NCBI GenBank assembly: GCA_051362555.1
Contig: CM120642.1
Location: forward strand, 20,274,001-20,338,000
From: Lingula anatina
Lineage: Eukaryota; Animalia; Brachiopoda
Direction: 5' to 3'
DNA length: 64,000 nt
The notes under the pieces were generated by a model. That model searched no databases and had not been told where the DNA came from. It worked only from the letters and a program-made list of their open reading frames with translations. The first letter of the stretch is position 1. Each line of letters opens with the position of its first letter. Position numbers and translations under genes: made by a program. Below are positions 52,649-61,600 of the stretch, piece by piece.

Positions 52649-55600
52649 TTTAGTAGTGTTAATTTTAAATGGTTTCCAAGTGTTTCAGATTTAAATATTG
52701 TAGTGATTTTAATGATTTTAGGTAGCACGTAAGGCACCATATAAGAATATTATTATTATTATTGACAGATATCTTTTACATGTCTATTTTATTTTACAAG
52801 TTTTTTCATTTAGAATCCTGGTTGTGAAGAACTAGAAATTTCTTCCACTTGTATGAATCCCGATTTCTACTATATATATATTAAGTATTCAAGTAATCTG
52901 TTCTGTTATCGACTTCAAGTACCTGAGAGGGCACGACGGGCCTTACAGGGCGCTGTTTTAAATTGGAGGTAGACCATACTCAAGCAGTAAATAGCCGTAA
53001 AACACAAACTCACGTTGAACATCAAAACTTTATTAGAAAACCTGTATCAAAGTTGACACTGACTGTAATTTAGAGTATAGTAACTGACAGTACTTTACTT
53101 CTTTGTCGATTATATCGGATATTAACGGCAACTGCACGTGAGGGAGAAGACGAGGTTTTCACAGTGGTACATGTACCTGGTAGTTTTCTTGATATCCGTA
53201 GTTACTAGTGCCGATTATTTACGACCATAAAGTTCTACCAGTCCTTTCTTGTGGGTAATTTATGAAAAATTGCATATCATGCCGTAAATAAATAACTGTG
53301 TGCATTCTCCTTCCACATACGAAACCGTCGGCAATCAGAGCTCCCGCCATCTTGGATAAAATTAGTTATGTTGTATATAAAAAAACGATGTGCGGAAACA
53401 AATACTACACACCAGTCGGCATAAAAACAGTCCAAGCAATAAATGATCCAGAAAACAAGTGCCATTTATCCAAAAAATATCCATTTCATGAGATAAATAA
53501 CCTTAATTCAATTTATTTACATCTGAATGAGTTCGTAGTTTAGCAGTCACCGCTACTGCGCATGCGCAGATGGTCTTTTTCGCGTAGTTTTAGTGTTGAT
53601 TGTTTTTAATGTAATTTAACCATTTTGTGTTTTGAAAAAAAATTTATTTCATTTTTTGGTACCTGAATATATGCTGTAAACATCTTGTATAGCCATCTTA
53701 CATAACTACGTCGGCCATACGAGTTATTTGTCAGTGAATATGGGGTTACCTGAACATTTTATATAGAAAAGCATATGGGAGAAAAATTTCAGGCTTAAAT
53801 ATAAAACGCTCTAAAAAATAAATTATTTTAAATATGCAACTTTTCGGGCTCAATTTATTAGTTTTTAGCATAGTTCTTCACAATAAATTAAAAGAAAACA
53901 AAATCTGGGAGGGTCATGTTCCAATGCCCCTATGTTATTTTTCTGATTCTTACAGAGACTGGTACTTAATGATTAAAAATTGATGGTCATTATGCTGTTA
54001 AACATTATGTAATATTGCATCAAAATTTGAAGAAACCCCTATTTTGGGCACTGCTCCCATGATGACCATTTAAAGAAAATCATGTCAGTTACTGTTCTCA
54101 AACTTGCAGGAAAGAAACATGGCACTTAAATACAGCTTCAGTAGGCAATGCAGTCTGTTTGGTAATTTTTTTCTGGCAGTTAAACAGTTTTTTTTTGTGA
54201 AAATTTAATTTTTCACATATTGGCATTTTCAAGGTGTGACTTTGAAGTTCCATGATCCTGAAGACCTTTGCGTGTCACGTTTTCTAAATGTCCATGTTAC
54301 TAATATTCTATTATTAAAAATTGATGGTCATTATGCTGTTAAACATTATGTAATGTTGCATCAAAATTTGAAGAAACCCCTATTTTGGGCACTGCTCCCA
54401 TGATGACCATTATGGGAAAACCGTGTTACTTATGACTGTCAAACCTTTAAAAAAGAAACACTGGACTAAAATGCAGCCTGACTTGGAAAAGCAGCCTAAT
54501 TGGCTTCTTTTTCTGGAAGTTATACATTTGAGTGAAATATTTATTATCTCTTTGGCATATTGATTGTGGGACTCAGAGCTCCCATGGACATGAAGCCGAA
54601 TGGTAATCAAATTTTCTACATGTCCATGCTATTTATAGTCAATAATCAAAAATCGCTGATAATTTTTCTGTAATTTATTTTGTAATGTTACAAAATTGAC
54701 AACAATTTTTCTGTAATTTATTTCGTAATGTTACAAAATTGACAACAATATTTTTGCATTGCTACTGCAAACATTATGAAAAGAAAACTGTGTTACTTAT
54801 TATTATTTTTAACTTACAAGTATGATTTTTAGGATTGGCATGCAGTTCAAATTAGAAAGCCAGGTCAATTGGGTTATCATTTATTATTGAATATATGCAA
54901 TTTTGTGTGAAATTTTCATTTTTCTCATTCTGGCACTTTCTAAGTATAAACTTGAACTCTGATGGGCCTGAAGCCTTATGCTTTTACTTTCGTCGTTGTT
55001 ACCTGTTATGCATAATTAAAATTTAATGTTGACTGTGCAGTAAAACATAATGTATTATTGCATCAGAATTGGTAGTCTCCTATTTTGTGCATTATTGTTT
55101 TGTGCTTTTCTTAAGATGTGACTTATGGGCCTGAAAGACCTTTGAGAGGGTCAGTCTGTTAATATCCCTTGGGTATCACTTAGCTAATTTCTGAGTTATA
55201 AAGTCATTTGCTTAATTGATAGGCCATTAAAGGAGATTACATAAAGCACACTTGTTGATATTTCCTTGTAAACTCCCAAAAGTTAAGCTTTCTGTTAGAT
55301 TAATAATAAGGAAGCAGTGATAATTATGCAGGTTATTATATATATATATCAAAGATTAAAAGTTTGAATAGCAGCTTCATTGAAATTATATTTACCTCAG
55401 GCTCTGCCTAGGAGGTTATAGAACAGTTTCATTAGCTATGTTATTATAATAGACTTGTGAAGATTCTTTTGTCTATAGCTATTTTTTTTTTTTTTTTTTA
55501 GTTTGATCTTACCATCCAATATTTCATCTGCTTGCAGTCAGATTTCATCAGGGAATGAGGTTGTGACAGGTATGACAACCTGTCACCCCCTCTGGTGTGC

Positions 55601-58600
55601 TATTTGGGGGGGGATCTGCCCAAATAGCACACCAGAGGGGGTGACAGGTTGTCATACCTGTCACAACCTCATTCCCTGATGAAATCTGACTGCAAGCAGA
55701 TGAAATATTGGATGGTAAGATCAAAAAAAAAAAAAAAAAAATAGCTATAGACAAAAGAATCTTCACAAGTCTATTATAATAACATAGCTAATGAAACTGT
55801 TCTACACTATACGTGAGAAACTAGGAGTAGATGGTGTGCATTTAGTTAGAAAATGGGAAACAATATCATCCCAGATAGCCAAGCACAGGAACCATCTAAA
55901 ATTCAACCTACGGTGCAAAGAAGAAGATTTAACACCAGTTAGTATTAAACTTAAGACCACTATTAAGACAGAGAAGGCCAAGAAAATCATAAAAAATGCT
56001 GAAAGACAGCTGCTTAGGGAACGTATCAATCTCACAACACATAGGATAAATGAACTAAAAAGGGACAAGGAAAATGTGGAAAACAACGTAAAAAGCTGTT
56101 GGGAGAACCATAACATCAGTGACAATGAATTATTGGATATGGTCAAAGAACACATCCATAACAAAGAAGAAAGCGTGTTCAGGAAAAGCAGACAAACTCA
56201 GATCAACAAACTTGATAGACTACAGGGAAGAACATCACTGAAAGACAAAAAGGAGTCCATTGACCTATCTGGCACACAATTAAAAAAGTGGGTCAAAGTG
56301 TTGTCAAAATACCAACCCACAGACACAGAAATCAAAGTATTAGCAAAAGGCCTCAACTATGCCATTGCCCCAAGAAAAACTCCAACAAAAGAAATAATTG
56401 CTACTACAGAGGTGATTTGTGAACAACTACACCTCCCTCCAGAGGAAGCTGATACCCTAAGGCATGAAGTTGTGAACATCATCAAGAATACCAAGCCTCC
56501 AAAGGACAACCTCAGCCATGAGGAAAGGAAAGCCCTGAAGTCACTAAAAAGCAATAAAGAGATAATGATTGTACCTGCAGACAAAGGAAAGTGTGTAGTG
56601 GTAATGGACAGGGACAATTATATAGAAGAATGCAAACACCTGTTAGATGATCACACCACATACAAAGAGATACCTGAGGATCCAACTAAAGTAATGAAGG
56701 GCAGAATACAAAGGAAATTGAGGGCACTGAAGAATAAGGGATATTTAGACCAGATCACCTATAACAAAATATACCCTACATCGGATGCTACTCCGAGATT
56801 TTATGCAACACCTAAGATCCACAAAGACCCTATAAAAATGCGTCCTATTGTCTCTGGTATCAACTCCATTACGTACAACCTTGCAAGATTCCTAGCAGAT
56901 CTTCTGAAACCTTTAGTAGGGAAGAAACCAAGCCATATCAACAACTCACAAGACCTGGTGAAAAAAGTGGAAGAGATCACTCTGGAAGAGGGGGAGGTGT
57001 TAACCTCATTCGACGTAACAGCCCTATTCACCAGCGTACCAGGCAACGAAGTGACAAATATGGCAGTAGAAAGGGCCAAGAAGGATAAAACCTGGAAAAA
57101 CAGAACACTGCTTCCTCCAGAGGACTTTGGGGACTTACTAAAGCTAACAATTGAGACAACCTACTTCCGGTACCAAGGGCGTATTTACGAACAGGTATAT
57201 GGAATGGCAATGGGCTCTCCACTCTCTCCTGTCCTGGCCAACCTATTCATGGAAGAGTTTGAAGAGCAGGCACTAAGAACAGCCACCCACCCACCAAAAT
57301 TTTGGGCCAGATACGTCGATGATACAGGGGTTATAATACAGAAACAACACGAGGAGGAGCTTTTCCGACATATCAATGCACAACATGACAGCATTAAGTT
57401 CACAATAGAAAGGGAAGATGACAACCAGACATTACACATGCTGGACTTACAGCTTATTAGGAAGAATGATAACATCACAACAGACATTTATAGAAAACCT
57501 ATGCATACAGACCACTACCTTCAGTGGACATCCCACCACCCTGTCCAACAGAAGATAGGAATCATCAAGACGCTGATGCATAGGGCAGACACACTGATAA
57601 AAGAGAAACCCAAGATAGAGATAGAGAAGGAAAAAATCAGAGTGGCTTTTAGAAACTGTGGTTACCCGGAATGGGCTATAAAAGAAGGGGAAAAGAAAGG
57701 AAGAGAAAAACAACAAAGGCCCGAGAACATGACTGAAAAAGAAAAACCCAAAGGATATGCAGTACTACCTTACATGAAAGGGGTTAGTGAAAAGCTAAAA
57801 AGAGCATTCAGAAAAAGGAATGTAGTATTACACCATAAGGCAGGACAGACACTAAGAGGCATCCTAGTATCCCCAAAGGACAAATTAGACCCAGGAGAAC
57901 AGTGTGGAGTTGTATACCAGTGTGAGTGTCAGGTGTGTGGAGAGAAATACATCGGAGAGACAGGACGTTCCTTAACTGAAAGAATCGCTGAACATCAAAA
58001 ATCGATCAAAAAAACATGATAAAAAATCTGCCCTCAGCCAACACCAGGAACAGACAGGGTATTGTATAACATCAACAACCACAGAAGACATGATAATCTT
58101 GGAAAGAGAGCCACGAGATCTACACCGGAAAGTTCTTGAAGCAATTAACATCCGCTTACATGGGGCCAAGTTGAATCGGAATGATGGGACTGAGCTACCC
58201 AACCTCTACCTACCACTCCTTAGGGAGGGGCAGGCAAGGGGGGGGATCTGACCAAATAGCACACCAGAGGGGGTGACAGGTTGTCATACCTGTCACAACC
58301 TCATTCCCTGATGAAATCTGACTGCAAGCAGATGAAATATTGGATGGTAAGATCAAACTAAAAAAAAAAAAAAATAGCTATAGGAAAAAGAATCTTCACA
58401 AGTCTAGGAGGTTATATTTTCACCCCTGTTTGTCTGTCATCAACATACAGGATAACTCAAAAAGTTATAGACCGATTTTGCTGAAATTTTCAGGAACTGT
58501 CAGAATTGGGCCAAAGAGGACAATGATTAGTTTTTAGTGGTGGTCTGGCTCAATAATCAATCAATAATCAACAATAATCAACAATTGCTGCCTTGGCAGA

Positions 58601-61600
58601 GGTCTGCACTCTCGGTGGTTTTCTAGTTTTGTTATGTTTTCCTTTACAATTTTTTCTCAAACACTTGCATTTGTGACTTTTAACTCTCATCTGCTCGAGG
58701 CTCTGCACATTTTCTGTATTTCCACATAAGCAATTGTATTGTTTTTTATGTCTTTAAACATTATATAAAATTATTTTATGCACTGTCATCATTTTTCAAA
58801 TATTGAGACTTTCATCATGTGACTATAGTCTCTCATGGTCCTGAAACTGCAATCTTATTGAAGGGGTGGATTGAGACCATCTTCTGGGTCTTCTTGAAGA
58901 CAGGTTATTAAGTTTATATTGACTGGTATCTATTTTTTTCTGTTGGAAGACCATCAAAATGGAGGATGGATCAACATAGATACTTTGGAATACTGTCAGA
59001 AAATATCTCAGGGTCCGCTCCTGTTATTGACCATGTTACCTGTTGTGCATGATTAAAATTCAGTGTTGACTGACAGTGCTATTATAAGCATTATTTATTA
59101 TTGCATCAAAATTGACAAAATGACCTTTTTTTGCATCTTTATTTGTCTGTACATTTGACAGCTTTGCTGCCTTGTTCAGCATATATGCAGCACCGATAAC
59201 ACAGTAAGTGGAAAACCATTTTACCTTTTGGCTTGAAACTTACAGAACTGATGAAAATTCTTAATACGCAGGTCAAGTTTGAAAATCAGCGTGATTGGGC
59301 CATTTTTAGGGAATTTATGCTGTTTTTTCACTTTTCAATATAAATGCAACACTGATAACACAATATAAGAAAAACGGATTGGCCAATTGGCATTATATTC
59401 ACAGGAGTGGTCAATCTTACTAAAACGCAGGTTGAGTTCGAAAATCAGCATAATCGGGCCATTATTTTAGAAGTTATACTGTTTTTTCACATTTCCTCAG
59501 ATTCAATTATTAGGCATGTTAACAGTCTCATTATTGAACTAATTAGATGCGTAAAAGTGTTTGTTTGATATTTCCTGCATCTTTACAACATTGTTAGTTG
59601 ATTATGTAAAAAAACATGGTAAACTTGTTATCATGTATTGTGTAATTAAGTGTCAAAAATGGAAATAAACTCATATCATTGCAGTTTGTCAGATTCAATC
59701 ATCCACTATGTTCAGAATCTCAGAATGGAGGAAATTGGACATTTAACACTGTTCTATTGATACTTTTCCCATCTCATCAATTTTCTTAGTTGGTCATATA
59801 AAAATGGCAGTAAAATGTTTATTTTGTTTTATGTTAAAAAGTGTTAAAAATGGAAATAAACCCATTTCAGGACAGTGCTGTCTTGTTTACATTTTGGCAT
59901 TTTCAAGTTGTGACTTTGAAGTTCCATGGGCCTGAAGACCTTTGCTTGTCATGTTTTCTGAATGTCCATGTTACTAATATTTTATTAATAACATTTGATG
60001 GTTATTATGCTGTTAAACATTATGTAACGTTGCATCAAAATTTGAAGAAACCCCTATTTAGGGCACTGCTCCTATGATGACCATTTAAGGGAAAACATGT
60101 CACTTGCTGTTCTCAAACTTACAAGAAAGAAACATGGGTCTAACATACAGCCTCAGTAGGCAATGCATACTGTTTGGTAAATTTCTCTGGCAGTTTTTTG
60201 TGAAAATTTAATTTTTCACTTATTGGCAATTTCAAGGTGCAACTTAGAACCTCCACAGGCTTGAAGACCCATACTAGTCACATTTTCTGAAAATCCATGA
60301 CATGTTTATTTTGTTATTAAAAATTGATGGTCATTTTGCTGTTAAGCATTATGTAATGTTGCATCAAAATAGAAGAAAACACAATTTTTGGTGCTGCTGC
60401 CATGATGACCATTATGGGAAAACCGTGTTACTTATGATTGTATATATATATATACATCAAACTCAAAGATTAAAAGTTTGAATAGCAGCTTCTTTGGAAT
60501 TATATTTACCTCTGCCAAGGAGGTTATATTTTCACCCCTGTTTGTCTGTCATCAACATAACTCAAAAAGTTATGTACCGATTTTGCTGAAATTTTCAGGA
60601 ACTGTCAGAAGTGGGCCAAAGAGGACAATAATAATAATCAACAATTGCTGCCTTGTAGCTTTAAACCTACAGAACTGATAAATATTCATAATATGCAGGT
60701 CAAGTTCGAAAATCAGCATGATCTGGCCATTTTTTAAAAAATTACTTGTTTTTTCACTTTTTCAGCATATATGCAGCACCGATAACACAATAAGTGGAAA
60801 ACCATTTTACCCTTTGGCTTGAAACTTACAGAACTGATGAAAATTCTTAATACGCAGGTCAAGTTCGAAAATCAGCATGATCGGGTCATTTTTAGGGAAT
60901 TTATGCTGTTTTTTCACTTTTTTCTACATATATGCAGCACCCATAACACAATAAGTGGAAAACCATTTTACCTTTTGGCTTGAAACTTACAGAACTGATG
61001 AATATTCATAATACACAGGTCAAGTTGGAAAATCAGCATGATTGGGTCATTTTTAGGGAATTTATGCTGTTTTTTCACTTTTTTCAGCATATATGCAGCA
61101 CCGATAACATGATAAGTGGAAAACCATTTTACCTTTTGGCTTGAAACTTACAGAACTGATGAATATTCATAATATGCAGGTCAAGTTTGAAAATCAGCTT
61201 GATCGGGCCATTTTTATGGAAGTTATGCTATTTTTTCATTTTTTAGCATATATGCAACACTGATACACGATAAGTGAAAAACTGTTTTACCTTTTGGCTT
61301 GAAACTTACAGAACTGATGAATATTCATATTACATAGGCAAAGTTTGAAAATCAGCGTGATCGGACCAATTTTATGGAAGTTATGCTGTTTTTTTCACTT
61401 TTTTCAGCATGTATGCAATACCGCTAACGCATTTCAAGAAAAATCAATTGGCCAATTGTCTTGAAATTTACAGGGGAGATCAGTCTTACTGAAATACAGA
61501 TGAAGTTTGAAAATGGTTCAGTTTTGGTGAAGTTATGCCTTTTTTTGTATATAAGTGGGTTTTTTTTCCTTTGATTTAATTCTTAGGCATGTTAACAATC

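Larger units (their letters stand above)
55419..58406 (+). mobile_element. Penelope-like retroelement with inverted and direct pseudo-LTRs
   Basis: Inverted pLTR 55419-55608, direct pLTR ~55606-55790, 3' pLTR ~58239-58406; duplicated flank CTAGGAGGTTATA (55408-55420, 58404-58416). Confidence 0.95.

Noticed and set aside
55548-55766. 72-aa ORF with an apparent signal peptide
   Set aside because: Antisense reading of the pLTR palindrome and poly-A run.
55802-58202. Several minus-strand ORFs over Penelope (and over DIRS)
   Set aside because: Shadow frames of the real plus-strand ORFs, with no recognisable motifs.
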